A DNA stretch of 64,000 bases from an uncultured Acidobacteriota bacterium (GCA_963702425.1 CAVPCQ010000037.1:32001-96000); one strand, 5' to 3'. Counted from the first letter of the stretch, positions 29,740 to 40,903 are shown. Translations and numbers: made by a program. Notes: generated by a model from the letters alone, not told the origin.

Positions 29740-30828
29740 ATGGCGCTCTCCACCCCTTCGGCGGCGACGCTTCGCCAGCTCGCGGCGCTGATCCATCCCG
29801 CCGGCGCGACCGCGCTCGCGGCCAACGGGCTCCGCGCCAAGGAGCTGGTCCACGCCGCGCGCGAGCACCGCGTCGCAGCCCTGCTCGCGCGCGCCCTCGA
29901 ATCAAGCGGGAATCTGGCGGGACTGGATGAAGCGGCGCGTACCGCGCTGCGCCGCGTGCTGCTCGACCAGCAGCAGGAGCGGGCGCAGCTCGACGCGCTC
30001 GCCGTCGCGGCGGCCGGTGCGCTCGACGCGGCCGGGATCCGGTTCGTGGCACTGAAGGGTGCGGCGCTCGGTGCCGCGCTCTACGCCGCACCGGCGCTGC
30101 GGCCGATGACCGACGTCGACCTGCTCGTCACGCCGGCCGACAAGGAGCGCTCGCTCGCTGCCTTGACGGCTGCCGGCTTCCAGCGGCCCTCCGCCGAACT
30201 CGAGGCCTTCTGGGCCGAGGCGTTCTACAACCTCCCGCTCGATCCGCCGGCCGGGCAGGCGGGAAAGCTCGAGCTGCACTGGTCGATCGCGCAGGAGGGG
30301 CGCCACGCGCCCGACGTCGAGGGGATCGTGGCGCGGGCCCGCGTGGTCGACGCCGCCGGCTGCCGGTTGCCGATCCTGGCCCCCGTCGATCTCCTGCTCC
30401 ACCAGTCGCTCCACCTCGCGTACCACTATTTCGAGCCGAAGCTGGTCTGGCTCCACGACCTGGCGCTGATCCACCGCGACCCGCCCGACGCCGCCGAAAC
30501 GATCGCCCGCGCCGACGCCTGGGGGATGCGGCTGCCGCTCGCGCTCGCGGCGGCACAGGTGGAGCGGGTCTTCCCCGGGACCGTCTCGTCGCCCTTCCGT
30601 GCGTTGCTCGATGCGAGCCCGCGCGCGCGCCTGCTCCTGGCGTGGGCCGGCGCCGGCGACGACGCGCCGCTGGCGCTGCTCGCGCACTGGGACGACCGGC
30701 GGCGGCAACTGCTCTACGCGTTCGCGACGCTCGACCGTCCGTCGCAGATGGCGCGCGCGCTGGCCTCATGGGCGCGTCGCGCCGTGCGGCACGGCGACGC
30801 CGCCGGGCGGCGGAAGCTCCCGTGCTAG
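29740..30828 (+). CDS. Nucleotidyltransferase family protein (uncharacterised type)
   Basis: LKGAAL..LY..PALRPMTDVDLLV, LELHW, WLHDL. Confidence 0.8.
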   Translation: MALSTPSAATLRQLAALIHPAGATALAANGLRAKELVHAAREHRVAALLARALESSGNLAGLDEAARTALRRVLLDQQQERAQLDALAVAAAGALDAAGIRFVALKGAALGAALYAAPALRPMTDVDLLVTPADKERSLAALTAAGFQRPSAELEAFWAEAFYNLPLDPPAGQAGKLELHWSIAQEGRHAPDVEGIVARARVVDAAGCRLPILAPVDLLLHQSLHLAYHYFEPKLVWLHDLALIHRDPPDAAETIARADAWGMRLPLALAAAQVERVFPGTVSSPFRALLDASPRARLLLAWAGAGDDAPLALLAHWDDRRRQLLYAFATLDRPSQMARALASWARRAVRHGDAAGRRKLPC

Positions 30829-30941
30829 GATTCCCAGCCGGCACCGTCCGCGGCGACGCCGGCGCGGGCGGGATGCGGGCAGGGACGGGTTCGGTGGTGG
30901 TCGACGGGGCCTCCGGGGCGGGCGAGCGGGACGCGCACTCG

Positions 30942-31631
30942 ATGCGCGACGCGCTGTACGGGCGCGTCTTCCCCCCGCTCGCCGCGACGCTGATCCGCGG
31001 CCTGCGCTCGACCTGGACCGTGCGCGCCCACGGGCGCGAGGCGCTCGAGCGCTTCGCCGCGGACAACCAGCGCTACGTCCACGTCTTCTGGCACGCCCAC
31101 ATCCTGTTCGGGATCTACAGCTACGTCGGCCCGAAGATCGTGGTGATGATCAGCCGTCACCGCGACGGCGAGCTGATCGCGAAGACGGTCGAGCGCTTCG
31201 GCTACCTCGCCGCACGCGGCTCGACGACCGAGGGCGGCAGCACCGCCTTCCGCGAGCTGGTCCACGCCGTCCGCTCGGGAATGGACATCTGCTTCACTCC
31301 CGACGGGCCGCGCGGCCCGGCGCGCAGGGTCCAGCCCGGGACGATCGCTGCGGCGCGCGCGCTCGGGATCCCGATCGTGCCGGTCGTCGGGGGCGCCGAC
31401 CGCGCCTGGCGCCTGAACTCGTGGGACCGGTTCGTCGTCCCCAAGCCGGGGGCCCGCGTGCTGCTGGCCTGCGGCGAGCCACTCGTCGTTTCCCGCGGCG
31501 ACAGCCTCGAAGAGGGCGCGGCCCGGCTCGAGCGCGCGATGGAGGCGCTCGGCGCCTTCGCCGACGAGCACGCGGCCGACCTTTCGGTGGGGAAGCCCGT
31601 CGGCCGGCTCGCGGGAGGGCACGTCCGGTGA
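30942..31631 (+). CDS. DUF374 / acyltransferase-like protein (start uncertain)
   Basis: FWH, ISRHRDGE, RGST, TPDGPRGP, SWDRFVVPKP. Confidence 0.82.
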   Translation: MRDALYGRVFPPLAATLIRGLRSTWTVRAHGREALERFAADNQRYVHVFWHAHILFGIYSYVGPKIVVMISRHRDGELIAKTVERFGYLAARGSTTEGGSTAFRELVHAVRSGMDICFTPDGPRGPARRVQPGTIAAARALGIPIVPVVGGADRAWRLNSWDRFVVPKPGARVLLACGEPLVVSRGDSLEEGAARLERAMEALGAFADEHAADLSVGKPVGRLAGGHVR

Positions 31632-32788
31632 GCGCCGCCGCCCCGCGCCGCGTCCTGGTCGTGACCGGCGAGGCCTCGGGCGACGCGCACGCCGCCGGGC
31701 TGGTCCGCGAGGCGAAGCGGCTCGACCCAGCGCTCGACTTCGAGGGGATGGGCGGACCGGAACTGCGGGACGAGGGGGTGCGCATCCTCTTCGACGCGGC
31801 CGACGTGTCGGTCGTCGGGATCACCGAGGTCTTCGAGCAGATCGGCCCGATCTGGCGCCGGCTGCGCGATCTCAAGCAGCACCTCGCCGCGGCGCGTCCC
31901 GATGCGCTCCTGCTCGTCGATTTCCCGGACTTCAACCTGCGGCTCGCGACCGAGGCGCGGAAGCTCGGCATTCCCGTGGTCTACTTCATCAGTCCGAGCG
32001 TCTGGGCCTGGCGGACCGGGCGGGTGCACCGCATCAAGCGCGACGTGACGCGGATGCTGACGCTGTTCCCGTTCGAGAAGGAGTTCTACGACCGGCACGG
32101 GGTGCCGGCGACCTTCGTCGGGCACCCGGTAGCGGACGACGCGCCGCAGGAGGCCTCGGTCACGGAGGCCCGGCGGCGCCTCGGGCTCGACCGCGGGGCG
32201 CCGGTCTTCGCGCTGCTGCCCGGCTCGCGCACCGGGGAGATCCGCCGACTGCTCGAACCGCTGCTCGAGACCGCGCGCGAGACGCTGAAAGCCGTCCCGT
32301 CGGCCGCCTTCCTGATCCCGATCGCGCGCACCGTCGATGCCGCACTGCTCGAGGGGGCGGCGGCGCGCTCCGGGTTGCCGGTCGTCGCGCTGTCGAACTC
32401 CTTCGACGCGATCGCCGAGGCCGCGGACGCCGCGGTCGCGGCGTCGGGGACCGCGGTGCTGGAGCTCGCCGTGCGCGGCGTGCCGGCGGTCGTCGTCTAC
32501 CGCACGAACTGGACGACCTACGCGATCGGCCGGGTCGCGCTGAAGGTTCCCTACATCAGCCTGGTCAACCTGCTCTCCGGGCGCGCGGTGCTGCCGGAGC
32601 TGATCCAGAACGACTTCACGCCGCAGGCGGCCGCGCGCGAACTGGTTGCGCTCGGCCTGCCCGGCCCGCGGCGCGACGCGGCGCTGGTCGGGCTGGCGGA
32701 GGTGCGGGCGAAGCTCGGCGAACCGGGAGCGTACGGGCGCGCGGCCCGCGCACTGGTCGAGGTCCTGAACGCGAAGGAGCGGCGATGA
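31628..32788 (+). CDS. lpxB: Lipid-A-disaccharide synthase
   Basis: GEASGD, VDFPDFN, SPSVWAWR, FPFE, VGHP, LLPGSR, SGTAVLE. Confidence 0.95.
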   Translation: MSAAAPRRVLVVTGEASGDAHAAGLVREAKRLDPALDFEGMGGPELRDEGVRILFDAADVSVVGITEVFEQIGPIWRRLRDLKQHLAAARPDALLLVDFPDFNLRLATEARKLGIPVVYFISPSVWAWRTGRVHRIKRDVTRMLTLFPFEKEFYDRHGVPATFVGHPVADDAPQEASVTEARRRLGLDRGAPVFALLPGSRTGEIRRLLEPLLETARETLKAVPSAAFLIPIARTVDAALLEGAAARSGLPVVALSNSFDAIAEAADAAVAASGTAVLELAVRGVPAVVVYRTNWTTYAIGRVALKVPYISLVNLLSGRAVLPELIQNDFTPQAAARELVALGLPGPRRDAALVGLAEVRAKLGEPGAYGRAARALVEVLNAKERR

Positions 32789-33669
32789 TCCGCAGCATGA
32801 CCGGTTACGGGCGCGGGCGCGCCAGCGGCGGCGAGGTGGCGATCCGGGTCGAGATCCGCTCGGTCAACAACCGCGGGCGCGAGGTGCGGGTCCGCTTACC
32901 GAACGAACTGGTCGCGCTCGAGCCCGAGCTGCGGGGCGAGGTCCAGGAGCGGGTCGCGCGCGGGCGGGTCGACGTCTTCGTCGAATGGGAAGGCCCGGCC
33001 CCGGCCGGCCCGCGCTACGCGGTCAACGCCGCGCACGCGGCGGCGATGCTCGGGGCCTGGCGCGAACTCTCGGCCCGGCTCGCGCTGCCGGGCGAGCCGG
33101 GGGTAGGCGACATCCTGCGCCTGCCCGGCGTGGTCGAGCCGGTGCCGGGGACGGAGCTCGACCCGGCGCAGTTCCTGCCGCTGGCGCGCACGGCGCTGTC
33201 GGCCGCGCTGGCCGAGCACACGCGCTCCCGCGAGCGCGAGGGAGACGCGCTCGCCAGCGACCTGCGCGCGCGGGCGGAGTCGATCGTGCGACTCGTCGCC
33301 GAGGTCGAGGAGCGGGTGCCGGGGGCCGCGGCGCGCCAGGCGGAGGACCTTCGCGCCCGCGTCACCGAACTGCTCGGTGCGGTGCCGCTGGACGAGGCGC
33401 GGCTGGCGCAGGAGATCGCGCTGCTCGCTCAGCGGGCCGACGTGACCGAGGAGATCGTGCGCCTCGACGCGCACCTCTCGCGGCTGGCCGCGCTCTTCGG
33501 GCCGGAGGGCGCCGAGATCGGGCGCGCGCTCGAGTTCCTGGTGCAGGAGATCCGGCGCGAGGTCAGCACTCTCTCGGCCAAGTGCGGCGAACCCGAAATC
33601 GACGCCCGGACGCTGGCCATCAAGGCCGAGCTCGAACGGATCAAAGAGCAGTCGGCGAACCTCGAATGA
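32785..33669 (+). CDS. yicC: YicC/YloC family endoribonuclease
   Basis: MIRSMTGYGR, EIRSVN, DVTEEIVRL, ELERIKEQSANLE. Confidence 0.93.
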   Translation: MIRSMTGYGRGRASGGEVAIRVEIRSVNNRGREVRVRLPNELVALEPELRGEVQERVARGRVDVFVEWEGPAPAGPRYAVNAAHAAAMLGAWRELSARLALPGEPGVGDILRLPGVVEPVPGTELDPAQFLPLARTALSAALAEHTRSREREGDALASDLRARAESIVRLVAEVEERVPGAAARQAEDLRARVTELLGAVPLDEARLAQEIALLAQRADVTEEIVRLDAHLSRLAALFGPEGAEIGRALEFLVQEIRREVSTLSAKCGEPEIDARTLAIKAELERIKEQSANLE

Positions 33670-34298
33670 ACGGCGCGCCGGGGACGCTCTTCGTGATCTG
33701 CGCCCCGTCGGGGGCGGGGAAGAGCACGCTCGTCGCGCGGCTGCTCGAGGCGATCCCCGGGCTCGCGTTCTCGGTCTCCTGGACGACCCGGCCGCCACGG
33801 CCCGGCGAGGTCGACGGCCGCGCGTATCGCTTCACCGACGAGGCGGGCTTCCGCGCCCGGATCGCCGCCGGCGAGTTCCTCGAGTGGGCCGAGGTCCACG
33901 GGCGGCTCTACGGCACGGCGCGGGCCGACGCCGACCAGGCGCTGGCCGCCGGGCGCGACCTGCTGCTCGACATCGACGTGCAGGGGGCCGAGCAGGTGCG
34001 GCGCTCCCGCCTGCCGTCGGTGTCGATCTTCATCCTGCCGCCCGACCGCGCGACGCTCGAGGCCCGGCTGCGCGGCCGGGGGACCGAGGACGAGGCCGCG
34101 CTGGCCCGGCGCCTCGGCAACGCGGCGCGCGAGATCGCGCGCTGGCCGGAGTTCGACTACCTCGTGGTGAACGACGAGCTGGAGCGGGCGGCGGCCGAAC
34201 TGACGGCGATCGTCGTCGCCGCGCGACGGGCCCGCAGCTCGATGGCGGAGCGGGCCGCCGCGATCGCGCGGACCTTCGGCGTGGAGGAACAGGGATGA
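33666..34298 (+). CDS. gmk: Guanylate kinase
   Basis: APSGAGKST, TTRPPRPGE.DG, LEWAEVHG.LYGT, DIDVQGA. Confidence 0.95.
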   Translation: MNGAPGTLFVICAPSGAGKSTLVARLLEAIPGLAFSVSWTTRPPRPGEVDGRAYRFTDEAGFRARIAAGEFLEWAEVHGRLYGTARADADQALAAGRDLLLDIDVQGAEQVRRSRLPSVSIFILPPDRATLEARLRGRGTEDEAALARRLGNAAREIARWPEFDYLVVNDELERAAAELTAIVVAARRARSSMAERAAAIARTFGVEEQG

Positions 34299-35497
34299 AC
34301 GGCGCCCCGCGGATCCTGCTCGGCGTGACCGGCGGCATCGCGGCCTACAAGGCGGCGGAGATCGTCCGCGCGCTGGTCAGGGAGGGGGCGGAGGTCCAGG
34401 TCGTCCTGACCCCGCGGGCCGAGGAGTTCGTGACGCCGCTGACGCTGGCGACGCTCTCCGGCCGCGCCGTGGCCCGGACCGAGTTCACGCCCGAGCCGTC
34501 GCCGACGATCGGCCACATCGAGCTGGCCCGCTGGGGGCACGCGCTGGTCGTCGCGCCCGCGACGGCGAACGAAATCGCGCGCTTCGCGCGCGGTCAGGCC
34601 GACGACCTGCTCACGACCGTCTACCTGGCGTTTGCCGGCCCGGTCGTCGTCGCCCCGGCGATGAACCCGAAGATGTGGGACCACCCCGAGACGCGCGAGA
34701 ACGTCGAGCGGCTCCGGGCGCGCGGCGTCGCGATCGTCGACCCCGAGGAGGGGTACATGGCGTGCGGCGACGAGGGGGCGGGGCGCCTCGCGACGCTGCA
34801 GAAGATCGTCGCCGAGGCGCTCTGGGCCGCGCGCCGCTCGTCGAGCCTGCTCGGCGTCAAGGTGCTGGTCAGCGCCGGCCCGACGCGCGAGCCGCTCGAC
34901 CCGGTGCGCTATCTGGGCAACCGCTCCTCCGGAAAGATGGGGTTCGCGATCGCCGCCGCCGCGGCGGCGCGCGGGGCCGAGGTCGTGCTGGTGGCGGGGC
35001 CCTCGCGGCTGGCGCCCCCCTTCGGCGCGCGGACGATCCCGGTGACGACGGCCGCCGAAATGCAGGCCGCGCTGGAACGCGAGGCGGCCGACGCGAAGGT
35101 GGTCGTGATGGCGGCGGCGGTGGCGGACCACCGGCCGGCCGACGAGGCGCCCCGGAAGCTCGAGCACAAGGGGGAGGCCTGGTCGCTGCCGCTGGTCCCG
35201 AACGCGGACATCCTGGCCGGGCTCGCGGCGCGCCGCCCCGCGGGTCAGCTGATCGTCGGCTTCGCCGCCGAGACGCACGACGCGCTCGCGCGCGGCCGGG
35301 CCAAGCGCGAGCGGAAAGGGTGCGACCTGCTGGTCGTCAACGACGTCACCGCGGAAGGGGCCGGCTTCGAGGGCGACACCAACGTCGTGACGCTGATCGG
35401 CCGCGACGGGGCCGCCGACGCGTGGCCCCGGATGAGCAAGCGGCTGGTCGCCGAGCGGCTGCTCGACCGGATCGAGGCGGAAAGGAAGTCGTCGTGA
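34295..35497 (+). CDS. coaBC: Bifunctional phosphopantothenoylcysteine decarboxylase/ligase
   Basis: [44 protein letters not shown]. Confidence 0.95.
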   Translation: MNGAPRILLGVTGGIAAYKAAEIVRALVREGAEVQVVLTPRAEEFVTPLTLATLSGRAVARTEFTPEPSPTIGHIELARWGHALVVAPATANEIARFARGQADDLLTTVYLAFAGPVVVAPAMNPKMWDHPETRENVERLRARGVAIVDPEEGYMACGDEGAGRLATLQKIVAEALWAARRSSSLLGVKVLVSAGPTREPLDPVRYLGNRSSGKMGFAIAAAAAARGAEVVLVAGPSRLAPPFGARTIPVTTAAEMQAALEREAADAKVVVMAAAVADHRPADEAPRKLEHKGEAWSLPLVPNADILAGLAARRPAGQLIVGFAAETHDALARGRAKRERKGCDLLVVNDVTAEGAGFEGDTNVVTLIGRDGAADAWPRMSKRLVAERLLDRIEAERKSS

Positions 35498-36265
35498 CGG
35501 GCGATCCGCGCGAAGACGCCCTGCTGTGGGCGACCCTGTTCCGCGACCTCGGGGTCGAGGTGGTGCCCCCGGCTTCGCGCGCGGCCGCCGGGGCGGCCGT
35601 CGTCGCCGGCGAGACGAGGCGATCGGGCTACGCCGGGCAGGCCCGCGCGCGCCACCGACTTCGCGCTGCGCGACCTCGCGCTGGGCGGCGACGCGGCCGC
35701 GGCACTGGAGACGCTGCGGGTCGAAGTGATCGGCGACTGCCGGCGCTGCACGCTGTGCGAGGAGCGGACGAACGTCGTCTTCGGCGTCGGCAATCCGCGC
35801 GCGCGGCTGATGTTCGTCGGGGAGGGGCCCGGCGCCGACGAGGACGCGCAGGGCGAGCCGTTCGTCGGCCGCGCCGGCCAGCTGCTCGACCGGATCATCG
35901 TCGCGATGGGCCTGTCGCGGCCCGAGGTCTACATCGGCAACGTCGTGAAGTGCCGGCCGCCCGGCAACCGCACCCCGCTCCCCGAGGAAGCCGCGACCTG
36001 CCTGCCGTTCCTGCGCACGCAGATCGCGATCATCAAGCCGGAGGTGATCGTCGCGCTGGGCAAGACCGCGCTGGAAGGGCTGCTCGGCCCGCTCTCCGGC
36101 GGGATCACGGCGCTGCGCGGGCGGTGGTTCGAGACCCAGGGGATCCCGCTCAAGGCGACCTTCCACCCCGCGTACCTGCTCCGCAGTCCGGCGGCCAAGG
36201 CGCCGGTGTGGGAGGACATGAAGGACGTGCTGGGGCGGCTGGGGCTTCCGGTGCCGGCGCGCTGA
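35494..36265 (+). CDS. Uracil-DNA glycosylase family 4; apparent frameshift near 35565
   Basis: [37 protein letters not shown]; N-terminus from GTG 35494 is in another frame. Confidence 0.88.
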
Positions 36266-36365
36266 CATTCGGGCCGGCACGGAGGCCGGCCTCTACGGGC
36301 CAGCGGCGCGTTCCGTGCGGTCCGACGATCCCTGACGACCTCCGCGAGCGGGCCTTCGAGTTCTC

Positions 36366-37967
36366 CTAGGGAACGGGCCCTCCCCCCCGACGGGCGCTGA
36401 AGAGCGTACACAGGGCCAGGCAGGCGCCGATGCCCCAGGGAATCAGCTGCCCGTGACGCGCGTACCAGGTCTCGCGGTTGCCGCCGACGGAAACGCCGGC
36501 GCGCAGCGTGGTGATCGTCGACAGCTCACTCCTCGCTGTCATGCGCCCGGACGAGTCGGTCACCGAGCAGATCCCGCTGTTCGCCGCGCGCACGACCGGA
36601 ATCTCGAGCGAGCGGGCGAACGACGCGACCATTCCGGCGTGCCACGCGGGGAAGATGCTCCGGCCCCACCAGGCATCGTTGGTGATGACGGCGAGGACGT
36701 TCGCTCCCGCATTGGCGTACGCCCTGCCAAGCTCGGGATACATGCCCTCGTAGCAGACCAGGACGCCGATCCGGGCATCGCCCACCCGGAACACGGTAGG
36801 CTCCGGCCCGCGCGAAAAATTACCGAGCAGGGTCAGGGGTGATCGGCGGCCCGGCTTGATCTCGCGCTTGGAAGGGTCCCAGCCCACGATCTCGGCGAAG
36901 GGGACGCCCTCGACGAAGGGCAGGAGCCGCTGCTTGCCGTACCACTTCTCGCTCATCCCCCCCCCGGGGAGGGCAAGTGCGGCGCCATTGTAGAGCGCGA
37001 TGATGCGCTCGCTCCGCACCTTGACGATTTCGCAGCCGTAGAGGATCGGCACGCCCGTCCTCGCCGCGAGCGCCTCGACCTCGGGATCCGACAACGGCTC
37101 GCCGTCCCGCCAGATCAGCGGCCCCGGTCGCGTCGTCTCCGGCCACAGCACGAGGTCGCTGTCCGCGGCCGCCTCGACCGTGAGGCGCTCGAGGCGCTGC
37201 CAGGTCGAAGGCCACTGGCTGCGATCGAGCTTGGCCTGGACCTCGATGAACGGCTGCACCATGCCGACGCGGAATCTCGCCTCCGACTGCGGCTGCTCCT
37301 CGCGGCGCAGGGCGTCCGTGAGCGGGATCGCCAACCAGACCGCGATCGCTGCGGCGAGCAGGGCGGCGGCGACCCGGTGCTCCCGCCGGCGTTCCCAGGC
37401 CTCGTCGAGGACGGCGCCGAGCGACCAGATCAGCAGCGACATGCCGTACGGGCCGGTCCAGGGCATCCACGACAACCAGGCCGGGTTGGTTCCAAAGGTG
37501 TACGCCAGCAGGTCGGCTGGGAAGGAGGCGTCGCTCGCGGTCTTCAGCATCTCCAGGAGCGGCCAGAGCAGCACGAGCCCGAGCCGGCGCGGGAGGCCGA
37601 AGCGGCGCTCGAGGAACAGTGCGCTCGTGAAGAGCGCGATCCAGTAGATGACGTAATACGCCACCGTCATGGGGTAGAGCGCGAAGGCGAGCCACGAGTA
37701 GCGCATCAGCACGAGCAGGAAGTGGGCCGCGATTCCCTGGTACGCGAGCGCGCCGATCGCTCCGAACGCCACGGCCTGCCGCATCGTCTGCATACCCCGC
37801 GCGCCGCGGAGGACGAGAAAGGCCGCGACCGGAAGGAGCGGAGCGAGTCCCGTCGGGATCCAGCAGGTTGCCAGCAGCGCGCCTCCCGCGGCGAGGGTCA
37901 GGGCGGATGCGCGCGGGAAGCTCTCGGCCGTTCCGGTGGGGCGGGTGGAGGCGTTCCCGCTACGCAC
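36366..37967 (-). CDS. lnt: Apolipoprotein N-acyltransferase
   Basis: TM N-terminus, LWPET, KQRLLPFVE, LVCYEG, TNDAWW, RAANSG. Confidence 0.9.
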   Translation of the reverse strand: MRSGNASTRPTGTAESFPRASALTLAAGGALLATCWIPTGLAPLLPVAAFLVLRGARGMQTMRQAVAFGAIGALAYQGIAAHFLLVLMRYSWLAFALYPMTVAYYVIYWIALFTSALFLERRFGLPRRLGLVLLWPLLEMLKTASDASFPADLLAYTFGTNPAWLSWMPWTGPYGMSLLIWSLGAVLDEAWERRREHRVAAALLAAAIAVWLAIPLTDALRREEQPQSEARFRVGMVQPFIEVQAKLDRSQWPSTWQRLERLTVEAAADSDLVLWPETTRPGPLIWRDGEPLSDPEVEALAARTGVPILYGCEIVKVRSERIIALYNGAALALPGGGMSEKWYGKQRLLPFVEGVPFAEIVGWDPSKREIKPGRRSPLTLLGNFSRGPEPTVFRVGDARIGVLVCYEGMYPELGRAYANAGANVLAVITNDAWWGRSIFPAWHAGMVASFARSLEIPVVRAANSGICSVTDSSGRMTARSELSTITTLRAGVSVGGNRETWYARHGQLIPWGIGACLALCTLFSARRGGGPVP

Positions 37968-38622
37968 GGCCGCCTCCCGGGGGAAGCGGCGGCTCGTCCC
38001 GTAGCGCATCGGGGCGCTGGGAGAGCCGGACGATGCTCTCCCGCAGGCGCGCGTTGAATGCCTCGACCTCCTCGCGGGGCGGAACGCCTTCCCGCGGCGA
38101 TCCGTCGAACCGGATTGGTTCCCCGACGTGGACCGAGACCTTCGTGGGCCGCGGGAAGACACCATCGCGCGGAAGGCTCTCCGCGTTGCCGCGCAGGCCG
38201 ACGGGGATCACGGGGACTCCGGATCGTGCCGCGATGCGGGCGATGCCCGGGCGAAACCGATGGATCCGGCCGTCGCGCGAGACCTCGCCCTCGGGAAAGA
38301 CCCCCACGACGGATCCCGCCTCCAGGTGGCGATGGACGGCGTCGAGGGTCGCATCGGGGCGTTTCGCCACCGGGATGGTCCCCCATGCGCGGAAGAACCA
38401 GTTCCAGACGGAGTTCCTGTAGTACCACGAATCCGTGATGAGGTAGCGGATCGGCCGGGGGAAGCACATGCCGATGAACCACGGATCGAGACGCGACGCG
38501 TGGTTCGCACAGACGAGCAGGGGGCCGTCCCGCGGAATCGTGGCCGTCTCGCCGGTCAGCTCGAGCCGCCAGTACGCTCCGAGCAGCGGCCCCAGCTGGC
38601 GGTTGACGACGTAGAGCCACAT
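37960..38622 (-). CDS. Lysophospholipid acyltransferase family protein
   Basis: NHASRLD, FPEG.VS.DG, FRPG. Confidence 0.87.
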   Translation of the reverse strand: MWLYVVNRQLGPLLGAYWRLELTGETATIPRDGPLLVCANHASRLDPWFIGMCFPRPIRYLITDSWYYRNSVWNWFFRAWGTIPVAKRPDATLDAVHRHLEAGSVVGVFPEGEVSRDGRIHRFRPGIARIAARSGVPVIPVGLRGNAESLPRDGVFPRPTKVSVHVGEPIRFDGSPREGVPPREEVEAFNARLRESIVRLSQRPDALRDEPPLPPGGGRA

Positions 38623-38860
38623 GCGCGCTTCGCTTTCCTTCGATGAGTGGAAACGGCTCGGTCACCGAGAGTGATCATCGCCCGGATCTCGCCGGTCGGC
38701 TGCAGCGTCGACGGCATGCAAGTCTACGGTTCTGCTCGAAGCCGATCAAGGAACCAAAGCAGTCGGCTCGACGCCCTGGTTCGTTCCGCGGCCGGCCACG
38801 ACAGGGTGGACGCCGCGCACTAGAATGCACCATCGCGCCCTGCGATCCGGAGCCCGTCCC

Positions 38861-40903
38861 ATGACCACGACCTCGTTCGACCGCGTCCGCTTCCAGGATC
38901 AGGTCCGCCAGGGAATCCCGTCCGCGTTGCCCGACCTGCCGCCGGACGAGCCGGGCGTCGACCACGCGCCCCCGCGGCGGCCCGAGCTGACCGCCTCCGA
39001 GCGCGCCCTGGCGCTCGCCAACGCACTGCGCTACGTCCCGCGCGCCTGGCACGTCGCGCTCGCGCCGGAGCTCGCGGAGGAGCTGCGCACCGACGGCCAC
39101 ATCACGATGCGCCGCTTCCGCCCCTCCTACCCGATGCGCGCCCGGCCGATCGACGACTACCCGGCACGCTCGCGGCAGGCCGCTGCGATCATGCTGATGA
39201 TCCAGAACAACCTCGATCCGCAGGTCGCCCAGTTCCCGCACGAGCTGGTGACCTACGGCGGAAACGGGGCGGTGTTCCAGAACTGGGCCCAGTACCTGCT
39301 GACGATGAGATACCTCTCCGAGATGAGCGACGAGCAGACGCTGGCCGTCTACTCGGGCCACCCGCTCGGGCTCTTTCCGTCGCACCCCGATGCGCCGCGC
39401 GTCGTGGTGACCAACGGGATGATGGTCCCGCACTACTCGACGCTGGCCGACTACGAACGGTTCAACGCGCTCGGCGTCACCTCCTACGGCCAGATGACGG
39501 CCGGCAGCTACATGTACATCGGCCCGCAGGGGATCGTGCACGGCACGGCGATCACGCTGCTCGGTGCGGGCCGGCTCTACCTCCATTCCGGCGAAGAGGG
39601 GCTGGCGGGCCGGGTCTTCGTCACCTCCGGTCTCGGCGGGATGAGCGGTGCACAGGCCAAGGCCGCGGTCATCGCGGGGGCGATCGGCGTGGTCGCCGAG
39701 GTCAACCCGGAGCCGCTCGCCAAGCGCCACCGCCAGGGCTGGCTGATGGAGGTCGAGACCGACCTCGACCAGCTGCTGCTCCGGATCGAGCGCGCCCGGA
39801 AGAACCGCGAGGCGGTCTCGATCGGCTACCTCGGCAACGTCGTCGACCTGTGGGAGCGGCTGGCGTCGGCCGGACTCGCCGTGGAGCTGGGCTCGGACCA
39901 GACTTCGCTCCATAACCCGTACGGCGGCGGCTACTACCCGGCCGGCCTCACCCTCGAGCAGTCGCGCGCGCTGATGAAGGACGACCCCGGCGCCTTCGCC
40001 GAGGCGGTCCACGCCTCGCTGCGCCGGCAGGTCGACGCGATCAACCGGATGGCGGAGCGCGGCACCTTCTTCTGGGACTACGGCAACGCCTTCCTGATCA
40101 CCGCGCGCCGCGCCGGGGCGGCGATCGACCGGCCCGACGGCTCGTTCCGCTACCCGTCGTACGTCGAAGACATCATGGGGCCGTTCTACTTCGACTACGG
40201 TTTCGGGCCATTCCGCTGGGTCTGCGCCTCGGGGCGCCCCGAGGACCTCGCACTGACCGACGCGATCGCGGCCGAGGTGCTGGCGCACCAGGCGCAGCAC
40301 GCCGCGGCCGAGAACCGCCAGCAGGTGGAGGACAACTTCGCCTGGATCCGGCAGGCCGCGCAGAACCGGCTCGTCGTCGGCTCGCAGGCCCGGATCCTCT
40401 ACGCCGACCGCGCCGGGCGCGTGGCGATCGCGCTGGCCTTCAACGCTGCGATCGAGAAGGGGCGCCTGGCCGGGCCGGTCGTGCTCGGGCGCGACCACCA
40501 CGACGTCTCGGGGACCGACTCGCCGTGGCGCGAAACCGCGAACATCCGGGACGGCTCGCGCTTCACGGCCGACATGGCGGTGCAGAACTTCGCCGGCGAT
40601 TCCTTCCGCGGTGCGACCTGGGTCAGCCTGCACAACGGCGGCGGCGTCGGCTGGGGCGAGGTGATCAACGGCGGCTTCGGGCTGCTGCTCGACGGCACCG
40701 CCGACGCCGCGCGGCGCGCCGCGTCGATGCTCTCGTGGGACGTGACGAACGGGGTCGCCCGCCGCGCCTGGGCCCGCAACGACGGCGCGCTTTTCGCGAT
40801 CCGCGAGGCAATGGAGGCCGACCCGCGGCTGGCGGTCACACTGCCCGAGATCGCCGCGCCGGAGTTGGTTGCGGACGCGCTGCGCGGCGCGGGACTGCTC
40901 TAG
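38861..40903 (+). CDS. hutU: Urocanate hydratase (long form)
   Basis: NNLDP.VAQFPHELVTYGG, YGQMTAGSY.YIGPQGIVHGT, GLGGMSGAQ, DQTS.H, GRDHHD. Confidence 0.96.
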   Translation: MTTTSFDRVRFQDQVRQGIPSALPDLPPDEPGVDHAPPRRPELTASERALALANALRYVPRAWHVALAPELAEELRTDGHITMRRFRPSYPMRARPIDDYPARSRQAAAIMLMIQNNLDPQVAQFPHELVTYGGNGAVFQNWAQYLLTMRYLSEMSDEQTLAVYSGHPLGLFPSHPDAPRVVVTNGMMVPHYSTLADYERFNALGVTSYGQMTAGSYMYIGPQGIVHGTAITLLGAGRLYLHSGEEGLAGRVFVTSGLGGMSGAQAKAAVIAGAIGVVAEVNPEPLAKRHRQGWLMEVETDLDQLLLRIERARKNREAVSIGYLGNVVDLWERLASAGLAVELGSDQTSLHNPYGGGYYPAGLTLEQSRALMKDDPGAFAEAVHASLRRQVDAINRMAERGTFFWDYGNAFLITARRAGAAIDRPDGSFRYPSYVEDIMGPFYFDYGFGPFRWVCASGRPEDLALTDAIAAEVLAHQAQHAAAENRQQVEDNFAWIRQAAQNRLVVGSQARILYADRAGRVAIALAFNAAIEKGRLAGPVVLGRDHHDVSGTDSPWRETANIRDGSRFTADMAVQNFAGDSFRGATWVSLHNGGGVGWGEVINGGFGLLLDGTADAARRAASMLSWDVTNGVARRAWARNDGALFAIREAMEADPRLAVTLPEIAAPELVADALRGAGLL

